64,000 bases of DNA from Alphaproteobacteria bacterium (GCA_033763655.1 JANRKD010000012.1:26606-90605), one strand, 5' to 3'; counted from the first letter of the stretch, positions 10,076-19,310 are shown. Notes: a model not told the origin generated them from the sequence alone. Program-made: numbers and translations.

Positions 10076-10279
10076 TCAGCGCATGAATATCAGCTTGCCG
10101 TTGCCAACCACCGCCGATTGGCTGGCGGAAACCGCATCATCCCAACGGATGGCGCTGAATTGCTGAGCGCCGGTTGCGGCCAGATTCGCGCGGGTGGCGG
10201 ATTGATCGGCACAGGCGGCACAGGCAAGTAATGCAGCCAGCGCAAACATTCTTGAAGTGAAACGCATCGTAAACCCCAT
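10076..10279 (-). CDS. Small putative lipoprotein
   Basis: 67-aa ORF (likely start MRFTSRMFALAALLACAAC) with a lipobox-like LLAC. Lies in a lower-GC stretch next to tRNA-Gly. No homologue recognised. Confidence 0.4.
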   Translation of the reverse strand: MGFTMRFTSRMFALAALLACAACADQSATRANLAATGAQQFSAIRWDDAVSASQSAVVGNGKLIFMR

Positions 10280-10464
10280 CCTTTTCTTGGCGCAACCTTG
10301 TGGTTGCTGGGGTTGTTATGCGCCGGATTGCCGCCGATGAGGAGCGCGCATTGTGCAGGTGCGTCATGCGCCAGACGCATAGGTTTTTATCGTTATGTTT
10401 GAGTGGATTGCGTTTTTGTGACTGGGTGGCGCTTCATGAACGCCAGATGTTGTCAGGCCGGGAA

Positions 10465-10845
10465 CTAGCCGATTTCCAGACCGGAGCCGGATGGGCCACT
10501 AACCATGGAAGCATAACCTCCACTTGGTCCCCCTTGGCCAAACAACTCTGCCTGACTCGCCTCACGCACTGGCGCACGACTGCTTGCATCCTCAAAGCCT
10601 TTGACAAAATCTGCGCTTTTAAACCCCATATCCGCAAGTAATTTAGCAAAAAGACCTTCACGTTTTTGTGCGGCCATTCTGAACGTACCTTCGGCCTTAG
10701 GTGCAGCGGATTGCAACGAAAGTCCCGCACCGACATTGATAGTCTCGCGCGCACCAAACACATACATCACTCCACCGCCTTGACCTTGCGATGACTGCCT
10801 CTGCAGCAACTGCCGGGCAATATCTGGTACTACATCATCAGCCAT
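10465..10845 (-). CDS. Hypothetical protein (Gly/Ser/Gln-rich, orphan)
   Basis: 126-aa ORF preceded by a good RBS (GAGGAGAAATT-ATG on the minus strand). Composition is visibly lower in GC than the flanks. No family recognised. Confidence 0.5.
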   Translation of the reverse strand: MADDVVPDIARQLLQRQSSQGQGGGVMYVFGARETINVGAGLSLQSAAPKAEGTFRMAAQKREGLFAKLLADMGFKSADFVKGFEDASSRAPVREASQAELFGQGGPSGGYASMVSGPSGSGLEIG

Positions 10846-11124
10846 AATTTCTCCTCACCCTCAATATAGCACATAGAATATGACAGTTGTGTGACAAAAT
10901 AGCGGTTTTTTGGCTTTTTTTGCCCATTTTTACCCCGTGCGGCGCCATGCCTTATCCGGTTTGGCATGACACGCGGCGGGGGTGGCAGGGTCGGGCTGAT
11001 TACTCTCCCCTCGTCATACCGCCCGATGACGGCATCCATCTTGAAGGCCGCCCCCGCAATGAATGCGGGGTGACAGGTGGGGATGCGGGGTGTTGGGTGA
11101 CAGGTGGAGATGGGGTGACAGATG

Positions 11125-11245
11125 CCACTTCAGCCTCCCTTGTCATGCCAGCTTTACGCTGGCATCCAGCCACTTCAGAAGAATCTTGCGACGTGGACAC
11201 GTCGCGCTGGATGCCAAATCAAGTTTGGCATGACAAATGGTGGGG
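11125..11245. repeat. About 120-bp palindromic (REP/MITE-like) element, copy 1
   Basis: Three hairpins: atgccagc-tttac-gctggcat, gcgacgtg..cacgtcgc, and atgccaaa-tcaag-tttggcat. Ends are GTCATGCCA...TGGCATGAC. Near-identical copy at 26635-26752, and a partial hairpin at 10948-10972. Confidence 0.7.
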
Positions 11246-11330
11246 CTTGGCGCTGGAGGCTGGCAAGCCCTCACCCCGGCCATCTCCCGCAGGCGGGCGA
11301 GGGAGCGCTCGCGGCGCGGTCATGGGCCGC

Positions 11331-11395
11331 ACCCCTGCCTCCCCGCTACCCTGCCTCCCTGCTACCCTGCCTCCCCGCACCCCTGCCTCCCCGCG
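11331..11395. repeat. Imperfect tandem repeat, about 16 bp x4 (ACCCTGCCTCCCYGCT)
   Basis: Read directly: acccctgcctccccgct / accctgcctccctgct / accctgcctccccgc / acccctgcctccccgcg. Overlaps the 3' end of the M20 peptidase ORF. Confidence 0.55.
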
Positions 11396-12563
11396 CCAGC
11401 ACCTCGCCGACGCGCTGCATCATCGCCGCGCCTTTTTCAAGCTGCACCTTGGCAATATATTCGTCGGGCTGGTGCGCCTGATCGATACTGCCCGGGCCGC
11501 AGATAACCGTCGGGAACCCGTGCGCACCGAACGCACCGCCCTCGGTGCCATACGACACCGCACCCGGCGCACCGTTGCTACCAGCCAGATACATGGCCAG
11601 TGCCAGATAGGCCGCATCGCCGTTTTGTTTTTTCAACCCCTGCACATGGGTAAGCCGCCGTGTCTCGATTGCACAGCCCGGATAGCGCGTTATAAGCGCT
11701 GCAACACACGCTTCAAACGGCGCAATAATCGCGTTAACATCCGCCCCGGGCATGGGCCGCACTTCCCAACGAATCGCGGCGCTCCCGGCGATGATATTGC
11801 GCGCCACACCCGCCTGCATAACGCCCACATGCACTGTGCTATAGGGCGTGGGAAAAGCGCTGCCGCCTACCGCCTGCGCTTGTTGCTGCAGATTCATTTC
11901 CTCGAGGCAGACGGTCAGATGCGCGGCGATATAGGCGGCGTTTACCCCCGCATCCGGCGCGCTGGAATGCCCCTCTTTTCCCGTGATGATGGTCTCGAAC
12001 GCGTCGATGCCCTTATGCTCATCAACCACCTGCATCATGGTCGGTTCGCCAACCATAATCAGCTGCGGCCTGATGGTGCGTTGTGTGAACTCGACCGCCA
12101 GCGGCTCGGCGCATTTGCAGCCGACTTCCTCGTCATACGATAGCGCCAGCCAGACAGGCCGCTGCAACTCCTGTGTCGCCCACACCGGTGCCTGCGCCAA
12201 CGCGAGGGCGATAAATCCCTTCATATCCGCCGTGCCGCGCCCATAGAACCGATCGTCGCGGCAGGTGAGGGTGAAGGCCGTTTCAGCCCCCACGCCCCCC
12301 GTCCATTGCTGGTCGATGACGGGCACCACATCCGTATGGCCAGACAGCACAATGCCGCCTTCGACCTGCGGCCCGATGCGTGCCAGCAGCGCCGATTTCG
12401 TAATACCGTGCGCGTTGGTTTCATTCACGCGCGTAACCTGCGCGGCATATGGCGCGAGATACTCTTCGATCCACGCAATCAAGGCCGTGTTGGAAGCGCT
12501 GCTCGTCGTATCGAACGCGACCAGTGCGGCAAGGATAGCTTCAACGGTGGGGTGCGCAGGCAT
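11346..12563 (-). CDS. argE: Acetylornithine deacetylase / M20 family peptidase
   Basis: 405 aa, M20 metallopeptidase pattern (LSGHTDVVP, GRGTADMKG, SYDEEVG). The last ~20 codons (RGGRGAGRQGSREAG) are read from the tandem repeat. Confidence 0.75.
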   Translation of the reverse strand: MPAHPTVEAILAALVAFDTTSSASNTALIAWIEEYLAPYAAQVTRVNETNAHGITKSALLARIGPQVEGGIVLSGHTDVVPVIDQQWTGGVGAETAFTLTCRDDRFYGRGTADMKGFIALALAQAPVWATQELQRPVWLALSYDEEVGCKCAEPLAVEFTQRTIRPQLIMVGEPTMMQVVDEHKGIDAFETIITGKEGHSSAPDAGVNAAYIAAHLTVCLEEMNLQQQAQAVGGSAFPTPYSTVHVGVMQAGVARNIIAGSAAIRWEVRPMPGADVNAIIAPFEACVAALITRYPGCAIETRRLTHVQGLKKQNGDAAYLALAMYLAGSNGAPGAVSYGTEGGAFGAHGFPTVICGPGSIDQAHQPDEYIAKVQLEKGAAMMQRVGEVLARGGRGAGRQGSREAG

Positions 12564-12617
12564 AGCGCAAAGGTAGTGGAATCCTTTACGCGCTGTAAAG
12601 GGAAATGCCTGTCCGGA

Positions 12618-13847
12618 TTACGCTGCTTTATCGGCGCGCATCATTTTCGGTAAATCGCCCACCAGCCCCATGGCGTGGCGCATCAGGTAATGTTTGACCG
12701 GCGGCAGGTGGTCAACCGCGACCATCCCCGCCCGGCGCAGGAGCGACATCCCCGGCAGATTGTTGCTAAACAGGCGGTTGAGCAGGTCCGTCCCCGCCGT
12801 CATGCTGAAAGAATCAAACCGCCGCCAGCGCTGGTAATGCTTCAGCACCGCTTCACTGCCAAGGTCGAGCCCCAATTTGCGCTGTGCAATCAGCAATTCG
12901 GCGAGCACCGCCACGTCGCGGTAGCCGAGGTTGACCCCCTGCCCGGCGATGGGGTGAACTCCGTGCGCAGCATCCCCCACCAGTGCGAAACGCGGCGCAA
13001 TAAACGTCTCCGCGCGCATGAGTTTGAGCGGATAGGCAAAGCGTTTGCCCACCACGCGCACCGTGCCCCAGTAATTGTCGCGGCTTTCGCCGACGCGGCG
13101 CTGCAACTGCGCGTTAAAGGCTTCCTCGTTAAGCGCCACAAAGTTCGGCGCGTCATCGTCGTGCTCTGTCCAGACGACGCCGCTGCGGTGGACGCCATTT
13201 TCGCCCGGCACCAGCGGCAGCAGCGCGAACGGCCCGGCGGGGTAGAATTTTTCGAGCGCCAGCCCGTGATGCGGGTGTTCATGCTCGATGACGCAGACTA
13301 TCGCCGTCTGGTGGTAGGAAATCACGCGGTGCGGGATATTGGCCGCCTCGCGCAGCTTGCTGAAGCGCCCGTCAGCGGCAATCAGCAGCGGTGCGGTGAT
13401 GGATTCCCCATTCTCCAGTTCCGCCGTCGCGCCCACAGCGTCGGCATGGTAGCCGGTCACTTTGCTTTCGATGATGCGGATATTCGGCTCGCCCTCCAGC
13501 CCCGCATACAACCCCCGGCGGATGACCTGATTTTCGAGGATGTAGCCGAACGGCTCGCCGACATCCTTATCCGAATAATGCACAAAGCCCGGCTTATCCT
13601 GATCGCAAACACGAATATCGTGAATCGGCTGCGCTTGCGGCGCCATATGCTTCCACACCCCCAGATGGTTGAGGATGCGCACGCTGCCCGAGGAAATCGC
13701 CGAAGTGCGGCCATCGAACCCGGCGGCGACCTGCTCGGCGCGCGGCAGCGGGTCGATGACGGTCACGCGGATGCCGCCCTGCGCCAGCGCAATCGCCAGC
13801 GCGTTGCCGACCAGCCCGCCGCCCGCCATGATGATTTCCGTATCCAT
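12618..13847 (-). CDS. UbiH/UbiF/VisC/COQ6-family FAD-dependent ubiquinone hydroxylase
   Basis: Start trimmed to MDTEIIMAGGGLVGNALA (FAD GxGxxG). Conserved LVGDAAHGVHPIAGQG motif. Confidence 0.85.
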   Translation of the reverse strand: MDTEIIMAGGGLVGNALAIALAQGGIRVTVIDPLPRAEQVAAGFDGRTSAISSGSVRILNHLGVWKHMAPQAQPIHDIRVCDQDKPGFVHYSDKDVGEPFGYILENQVIRRGLYAGLEGEPNIRIIESKVTGYHADAVGATAELENGESITAPLLIAADGRFSKLREAANIPHRVISYHQTAIVCVIEHEHPHHGLALEKFYPAGPFALLPLVPGENGVHRSGVVWTEHDDDAPNFVALNEEAFNAQLQRRVGESRDNYWGTVRVVGKRFAYPLKLMRAETFIAPRFALVGDAAHGVHPIAGQGVNLGYRDVAVLAELLIAQRKLGLDLGSEAVLKHYQRWRRFDSFSMTAGTDLLNRLFSNNLPGMSLLRRAGMVAVDHLPPVKHYLMRHAMGLVGDLPKMMRADKAA

Positions 13848-13894
13848 GTGCCCGGTGTTAGCACAGGCAGGGCCGCTTGCCAACCGGCATGCGG

Positions 13895-15124
13895 TTACGC
13901 CAGCAACCCTTCGAGCCGGTGGTGGGTAATGCCAAAATGCGCCTTGCTTTGGGCGATGGCGGCGCGCAAGGAGTGCTGCGTTTTTTCGCTGGGCGGCGTG
14001 GCGGCCCTGACTCCGACAATCATGACATTTTTTGGGGTATGCGCATCCGAAATAAATTCGAATAATTTGCTACGGTAGCCGTGCAACTCCATCAGTTGCG
14101 CGCGAATGCCGTCCGTCACCATTTCGCTGAGGCGCTCGACATAGGTGCCGTGCTGCAGCAAAAAAGCGAGTGGGTGCGCGGCATCCGGTTTTGGCAGCGC
14201 CCGGCGCACCTGCTTGTGGCAGCACGGCGCGACCACAATCAACGCCGCATCGGCACGCACCGCTTTGGCGATGGCATCGTCGGTCGCGGTGTCGCAGGCA
14301 TGCAGGGCGATCACCCCGTCAGCACCGCTGCAATCATAGGCGGCGATGCTGCTTTCAACAAAACGCAGGCCCGAAAACCCCGCCGCCTGCGCGATGGCGT
14401 TGCAGTGCGTCACCAGATCGGCGCGCGATTCGACCCCGGTGATTTCGACCGGGCGCGCGAGCGTGTGCGCGATATAATCATAGAGCGCGAAGGTGAGGTA
14501 GCCCTTGCCCGCGCCCATATCGACAAGGCGCAGCACGCCGCGCGGCGGCAATTGCCGCAACAGCCCGTCGAGAATCTCGATGTATTTATTAATCTGGCGG
14601 AATTTATCCTGCGCATTTTTATAGACCGTGCCGTTCGCATCGGTAATCCCGAGCGCATGCAGATACGGCTTGCCCGCGCTCGTGATAAGGCGCTGTTTGG
14701 GCTGGTCGTGGCTCAGGGTCGGTGCGGCGGCAACACTCGCCGCGTGGTGGCTCATTTGATACTGCCCATCGCGCCGCGTGAGCGTGATGTCGCCTGAGGT
14801 CGCACAGCAACGCGCGGCATTGAAATGCTCGGTGAGTTGCGAAACCATCAGCGCGGCGGCTTCCTGCGGCGGATAATTCTTGACCACGTCGCGCGTGCGG
14901 TGGTGAGTGGTGAAACTCAGCTTGAGTGCGCGCTTGACCATAATGGGGCGGATGTCGATGGACTTTACATCCCCGGCTGTGGCCGTCGGCTTACTGAGCG
15001 TCACCTTCACCAGACCACCGCTGGCGACGGCATCAAGCACCGCCTCGCAAAACGCCTGCACTGTTGTTTCCTGATTCATGACCCCGTCATAGGCGCGTGC
15101 GGCGCGGCTGGCAAGCGTCGCCAC
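13895..15124 (-). CDS. Class I SAM-dependent methyltransferase
   Basis: 409 aa with SAM motif I LVDMGAGKGYLTF. Substrate unknown. Confidence 0.6.
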   Translation of the reverse strand: MATLASRAARAYDGVMNQETTVQAFCEAVLDAVASGGLVKVTLSKPTATAGDVKSIDIRPIMVKRALKLSFTTHHRTRDVVKNYPPQEAAALMVSQLTEHFNAARCCATSGDITLTRRDGQYQMSHHAASVAAAPTLSHDQPKQRLITSAGKPYLHALGITDANGTVYKNAQDKFRQINKYIEILDGLLRQLPPRGVLRLVDMGAGKGYLTFALYDYIAHTLARPVEITGVESRADLVTHCNAIAQAAGFSGLRFVESSIAAYDCSGADGVIALHACDTATDDAIAKAVRADAALIVVAPCCHKQVRRALPKPDAAHPLAFLLQHGTYVERLSEMVTDGIRAQLMELHGYRSKLFEFISDAHTPKNVMIVGVRAATPPSEKTQHSLRAAIAQSKAHFGITHHRLEGLLA

Positions 15125-15155
15125 GCTTGGTTTTTACTTACAGGCGCGCTAAACC

Positions 15156-16082
15156 ATGCGTATGCACCCTGCCCCACTGCACGCCGTTTACGGCACACCG
15201 CCTGCGCATCTGCTGCCGCTGCCCGAGGGGGCGCAGCCATGCTCGCCGCTGATTCCTGGAAGCGCGGCACTTGAGGATTACGCCCCGGAAAGCCTGCGCA
15301 GCGCGGTGATTTACGCACCCGCCAACACCACCGAACGGCGCTATACCCTCGCGCTTGCTCTGCGCGCGCTGGCCGTCGGCGCGCCGCTTACCGCGCTTGC
15401 CCCGGCGGATAAAGGCGGTCGCCGCCTCGCTATGGAACTCGCAGGCTTCGGCTGCGCTACGACCGGAGAAGCGCGCCGCCATCACCGCATCGTTTCATGC
15501 ACGCGACCCGCGCAGTTGCTGCAGATCGACGAAGCCCTCGCCGCCGGGGCGCTGCATCGCCACCCCGCCCACGGGCTATGGACGCAGGCAGGCATCTTCA
15601 GTTGGGACCGGCTGGATGCAGGCAGCGCGCTGCTGCTCAAGCACCTGCCAGAGTTTGCCGGACGCGGCGCCGACCTTGGCTGCGGGCTTGGCGTACTCAG
15701 CCAGCAAGTGCTGCGCAGCGCCCGCGTGCGCGAACTCACCGCCATCGACATCGACCGCCGCGCGATCAGCGCCGCCGAAAAAAACCTCGACGACGCGCGC
15801 GCACGCTTTATCTGGGCGGATGTGCGCACCACCGAAACCGATTTCCCCCACAACCTCGATTTTGTCGTCATGAACCCGCCATTTCACGATGCGGGCATCG
15901 AAGATAAATCCCTCGGGCAGGCCTTCATCCGCCGTGCCGCCGCAATGCTCGACAGCGGTGGCGCCTGCTGGCTGGTCGCCAACCGGCATCTGCCCTACGA
16001 GGCGGTGTTTGGGGAATGTTTTTTAAGCCACCGCCTGATTGCGGATGCAGAGGGTTTCAAAATTATCGAAGGCATAAAATGA
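15156..16082 (+). CDS. RsmC/RsmD-like rRNA (guanine-N2) methyltransferase family protein
   Basis: 308 aa with motif I ADLGCGLGVLS and the N-methyltransferase motif VMNPPFH. Confidence 0.65.
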   Translation: MRMHPAPLHAVYGTPPAHLLPLPEGAQPCSPLIPGSAALEDYAPESLRSAVIYAPANTTERRYTLALALRALAVGAPLTALAPADKGGRRLAMELAGFGCATTGEARRHHRIVSCTRPAQLLQIDEALAAGALHRHPAHGLWTQAGIFSWDRLDAGSALLLKHLPEFAGRGADLGCGLGVLSQQVLRSARVRELTAIDIDRRAISAAEKNLDDARARFIWADVRTTETDFPHNLDFVVMNPPFHDAGIEDKSLGQAFIRRAAAMLDSGGACWLVANRHLPYEAVFGECFLSHRLIADAEGFKIIEGIK

Positions 16083-16083
16083 A

Positions 16084-16818
16084 ATGAGCACAACCATCCG
16101 CATCGACAAATTACTGGCCGGTATGGGCTACGGATCGCGCCGCGAAATCGAGCATCTGGCCGATACGGACCGCGTGCTGCTGGATGGCCAGCCCATCTTC
16201 GATTGCGGTGCGCGGGTGCCGCTTGATGCCACGCTGTGCGACCGCCTCACCGTCGACGGCGAAGCGATTGACCCGCTGCCCGGCATGGTGGTGCTGCTGC
16301 ATAAACCGCTGGGCGTCACCTGCTCGCACAAAGAATCGGGGCCGCTGATTTACGACCTGCTACCTGCGCGCTGGCGGCGGCGCGATCCGGTACTATCGAG
16401 CGTCGGACGGCTCGATAAGGAAACTTCGGGGCTGTTGCTACTCACCGACGATGGCGCGCTGCTGCATAAAATTATTTCGCCCAAACAGCATGTCGCCAAA
16501 TGCTACCTCGCCACCCTCGCGCGGCCCTTGCGCGGCGATGAAGCGACGATTTTTGCCAGCGGCACCCTGATGCTCGAAGGCGAAAAAACGCCGCTGCAAC
16601 CTGCCGAAATGCAGGCGCTCAGCGACACCACCGCACGGCTCACTTTGCATGAGGGGCGCTACCATCAGGTGCGGCGGATGTTTGCGGCGGTGGGCAACCA
16701 TGTCGCCGCACTGCACCGTGAATCGGTCGGCGGGCTGACATTGCCTGATGATCTGAAGGCGGGCGACCATCGCCTACTCGATGCCGCCGACATCGCCCGT
16801 ATTTTTACTCCGCGCTGA
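16084..16818 (+). CDS. RsuA/RluB-family pseudouridine synthase
   Basis: 244 aa with an S4-like N-terminus (RIDKLLAGMGYGSRRE), catalytic GRLDKETSGLLLLTDDG, and YHQVRRMF. Confidence 0.85.
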   Translation: MSTTIRIDKLLAGMGYGSRREIEHLADTDRVLLDGQPIFDCGARVPLDATLCDRLTVDGEAIDPLPGMVVLLHKPLGVTCSHKESGPLIYDLLPARWRRRDPVLSSVGRLDKETSGLLLLTDDGALLHKIISPKQHVAKCYLATLARPLRGDEATIFASGTLMLEGEKTPLQPAEMQALSDTTARLTLHEGRYHQVRRMFAAVGNHVAALHRESVGGLTLPDDLKAGDHRLLDAADIARIFTPR

Positions 16819-18199
16819 GCACCGTCGCGCGCGGCAGGCGAATTTCCACCCGCAGCCCGACGCCATTCTCCGGCGTTTTGAGTAGGATACTGCCCGACAG
16901 CCGCGCCGCAATCTCGGCCACAATCGCCAACCCCAACCCGGTGCCTTGCGCCTTGGGCGTGCCGACGCGGTAGAAGCGCTGGAACACATGCGCCCGTTCC
17001 GCCTCAGGGATGCCGGGGCCGGAGTCCGTCACCGCACAGCAGATGGTGCTGCCGTCCTCACTCAGCACCACATCGACCGCACCGTTCTCGGGCGTATATT
17101 TCACCGCGTTTTCGATGATGTTTCCTATCAGCAGGCGCAGCAGGGTTTCATCGGCCATCACCCAGAGATTATCGGCACCGTGGAGCGACAGCGCAATCTG
17201 TTTCTGCGCGGCAATCGCAGCTAATTCGGTGAGGATGGCAATCACATGCTGTTTGACATTAAGCGGCTGGCGCACCACCGGCTGGTGGCTGATGCGGGTT
17301 GAGGTCAGCAACTGCCCTACCAGCCGCGATGCCCGCTCGATCGAGGCGCGCAAATCCGCCAGCGATGACGCGCGCTCCTGCGTGTTGCGCGCCTGCTCCA
17401 TCATCTGCAATTGCAGCTTGATGGTGGCCAGCGGCGTGCGCAGATGGTGGGCGGCATGTTCGGCAAACCGCTTCTCGGCGTTGAAGGAATGTTCGAGCTT
17501 CTGCAGCAACTGATTGATGGAATTGCCCAGCGGCGACAGATCGCGCGGTACATGGGCAAGGCTCAGCGGCGACAAATCATCCGGCGAACGGCTGCGAATC
17601 TGCGCAATCAGCGCCCGCACCGTGCCCAGCCCCGAACCGATGCCCACCCAGATCAGCGCGCCCACCAGCGGCACCAGCAGCGCGAGCGGCGCGGCCAGCG
17701 TCAACAGGATGTTTTTCACCAATGCCGCGCGCAGGCTGATTTTTTCGCCCGCTTCGACCGTGATGTTCGTCTGCGGAATCTCGAGGCTATAGACCCGCCA
17801 GCGCTCGCCGTTGTCATCCTTCACATACGAAAGGCCGCTGGCCTGTTGCGGAATGCCGACAATCGGCGCTTTATCGGAAATCATGGCGAGGCGGTTGCCG
17901 CGCCAGACGCGGAACATGCGGCTGCTGGCGTAGATGGCGGCGACTTCGTTCAAGGCTTTCTGGTTACTCACCGTCAGGTCAATTTTGCGAATGCGGCGGA
18001 ACGGCTCGCGCTCGACGCTCATTTCGTCCTCGACCACCAGCCAGATCAGGTTGGCGCTGCTGATCAGCTGCGCATCGTACACATGGTGAATCTGCCGCGT
18101 CGCGCCTTTGAACGCCAGCACGCCGATAATGCAGATGGTGATGAGAATGGTCGGCGCGATGCGCAGGAACAACGAGCGCGTGAGCGTGTGGTGCTTCAT
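16805..18199 (-). CDS. Two-component sensor histidine kinase
   Basis: 464 aa with two TMs, H-box (FAEHAAHHLRTPL), N-box (IGNIIENAVKYT) and G-boxes (DSGPGI, GTGLGLAIV). Confidence 0.85.
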   Translation of the reverse strand: MKHHTLTRSLFLRIAPTILITICIIGVLAFKGATRQIHHVYDAQLISSANLIWLVVEDEMSVEREPFRRIRKIDLTVSNQKALNEVAAIYASSRMFRVWRGNRLAMISDKAPIVGIPQQASGLSYVKDDNGERWRVYSLEIPQTNITVEAGEKISLRAALVKNILLTLAAPLALLVPLVGALIWVGIGSGLGTVRALIAQIRSRSPDDLSPLSLAHVPRDLSPLGNSINQLLQKLEHSFNAEKRFAEHAAHHLRTPLATIKLQLQMMEQARNTQERASSLADLRASIERASRLVGQLLTSTRISHQPVVRQPLNVKQHVIAILTELAAIAAQKQIALSLHGADNLWVMADETLLRLLIGNIIENAVKYTPENGAVDVVLSEDGSTICCAVTDSGPGIPEAERAHVFQRFYRVGTPKAQGTGLGLAIVAEIAARLSGSILLKTPENGVGLRVEIRLPRATVLSAE

Positions 18200-18200
18200 A

Positions 18201-18860
18201 CTAAACCGCGTTGACGCGGTAGCCGACGCCGCGCACGGTTTGAATAAACGCGCTGCCGAGCTTTTTACGCAGGTTATAGATGGTCACTTCAACGGTGTTG
18301 CTCTCGGCGGCATCCTCGGCGCTGTAGAGCACATATTCGATGTCCGATTTGGTGACGAATTTCCCCGCCCGCTCCATCAGCAGTTTCAGGGTGCGAAACT
18401 CCTTCGCGGTCATCATCACCGGGGCGTCGCCCTTGCGCACCAGCGAGGCCGCAGGCTCGAGCACCACCGCGCCGCAGCGAATCGTGCTCTCGGCCCGGCC
18501 CGCACTGCGGCGGATGAGCGCCCGCAGCCGCGCCAGCAATTCATCAAGGTCGAACGGCTTGATGAGATAATCATCCGCCCCGGCATCCAGCCCTTCGACC
18601 TTCTGCTGCGGCAGATCGCGCGCAGTGAGCAGCAGCACGGGCGTCATGTTCTTGCGGCTGCGGATGGCGCGCAGCACCTCGATGCCCGAACATTTCGGCA
18701 GGTTCACATCCAGCACCACGGCGGCAAACGGCAAATCGGTGAGGGCGTCAATCGCCGCTTCACCATCCTGCACCCAATCGACCCCATAGGCGTTGCGTTC
18801 CAGCGCCTTTTTCAGCGAGGTGCCGAGCATGTCATCGTCTTCGACCAGTAAAATACGCAT
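18201..18860 (-). CDS. OmpR-family response regulator
   Basis: Start trimmed to MRILLVEDDDMLG (ATG at 18860). Receiver plus winged-helix output domain (TVRGVGYRV). Confidence 0.85.
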   Translation of the reverse strand: MRILLVEDDDMLGTSLKKALERNAYGVDWVQDGEAAIDALTDLPFAAVVLDVNLPKCSGIEVLRAIRSRKNMTPVLLLTARDLPQQKVEGLDAGADDYLIKPFDLDELLARLRALIRRSAGRAESTIRCGAVVLEPAASLVRKGDAPVMMTAKEFRTLKLLMERAGKFVTKSDIEYVLYSAEDAAESNTVEVTIYNLRKKLGSAFIQTVRGVGYRVNAV

Positions 18861-18885
18861 ACGACCTTTTAGCGGAATCATCGGA

Positions 18886-18914
18886 ATAAAAAAAGCCCGC
18901 TCTTGCGAGCGGGC
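18886..18914 (-). terminator. Rho-independent terminator after the 76-aa secreted-protein gene
   Basis: GC stem GCCCGCTC-ttgc-GAGCGGGC (18895-18914), followed on the minus strand by a T-run. Also has TTTT on the plus strand, so it is potentially bidirectional. Confidence 0.6.
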
Positions 18915-18966
18915 TTTTCCCAATAGATCCGGAAGCATTGCTCCCGTATTCTTGTGTCACCAGAAA

Positions 18967-19197
18967 CTAGTGAGCAGCAGCCGGAGCAGCTTCTTTTTTC
19001 TCGGCTTTTGCAGCAGCAGGAGCCGTTTTTGCAGCTTCAGCAGCAGCTTCTTTCGAAACTTCTTTAGCGGCTTCTTTCGAAGCTTCTTTCGAAACTTCTT
19101 TAGCAGCTGCAGGAGCAGCCGCTTGTTCAGCAGCGAATGCCGACGAAGCAACGAGGGTGGTAGCAGCAACAGCGATCAGAAGGGACTTAAGTGCCAT
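18967..19197 (-). CDS. Small secreted Ala/Lys/Glu-rich repeat protein
   Basis: 76 aa with signal peptide MALKSLLIAVAATTLVASSAFA-AE and repeats KEVSKEASKEAAKEVSKEAA. Strong RBS (AAGGAGATAAACC-ATG) and its own terminator. Confidence 0.6.
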   Translation of the reverse strand: MALKSLLIAVAATTLVASSAFAAEQAAAPAAAKEVSKEASKEAAKEVSKEAAAEAAKTAPAAAKAEKKEAAPAAAH

Positions 19198-19286
19198 GGT
19201 TTATCTCCTTTGAGGTTAAGTTAGTTGGCGATTCGGTGTATAAGCAATCAAGCTGAGGCGAAACTGAAGTTTTGAAAAATAAACGC

Positions 19287-19310
19287 TTATCCACAGATTA
19301 CTTATCCACA
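19287..19310 (+). promoter_or_regulatory. Two perfect DnaA-box consensus sites (TTATCCACA x2)
   Basis: Read directly: TTATCCACA at 19287-19295 and 19302-19310, in an AT-rich 130-bp intergenic region. A third imperfect inverted box (TTATACACC) lies within the 19228-19244 arm. Confidence 0.45.

Noticed and set aside
11331-11395. Possible CRISPR array
   Set aside because: The units are about 16 bp and directly abutting with no spacers, and there are no cas genes. It is a simple tandem repeat. No CRISPR array was seen anywhere in the window.
10887-12143. 418-aa ORF on the + strand
   Set aside because: Its N-terminal half is a translation of palindromic and tandem repeats. The remainder is antisense to the M20 peptidase gene.
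12675-14078. 467-aa ORF on the + strand
   Set aside because: It lies antisense to the well-supported UbiH-family gene. It is rich in Arg/Ala/Gly, typical of shadow ORFs in GC-rich DNA, and has no motifs.
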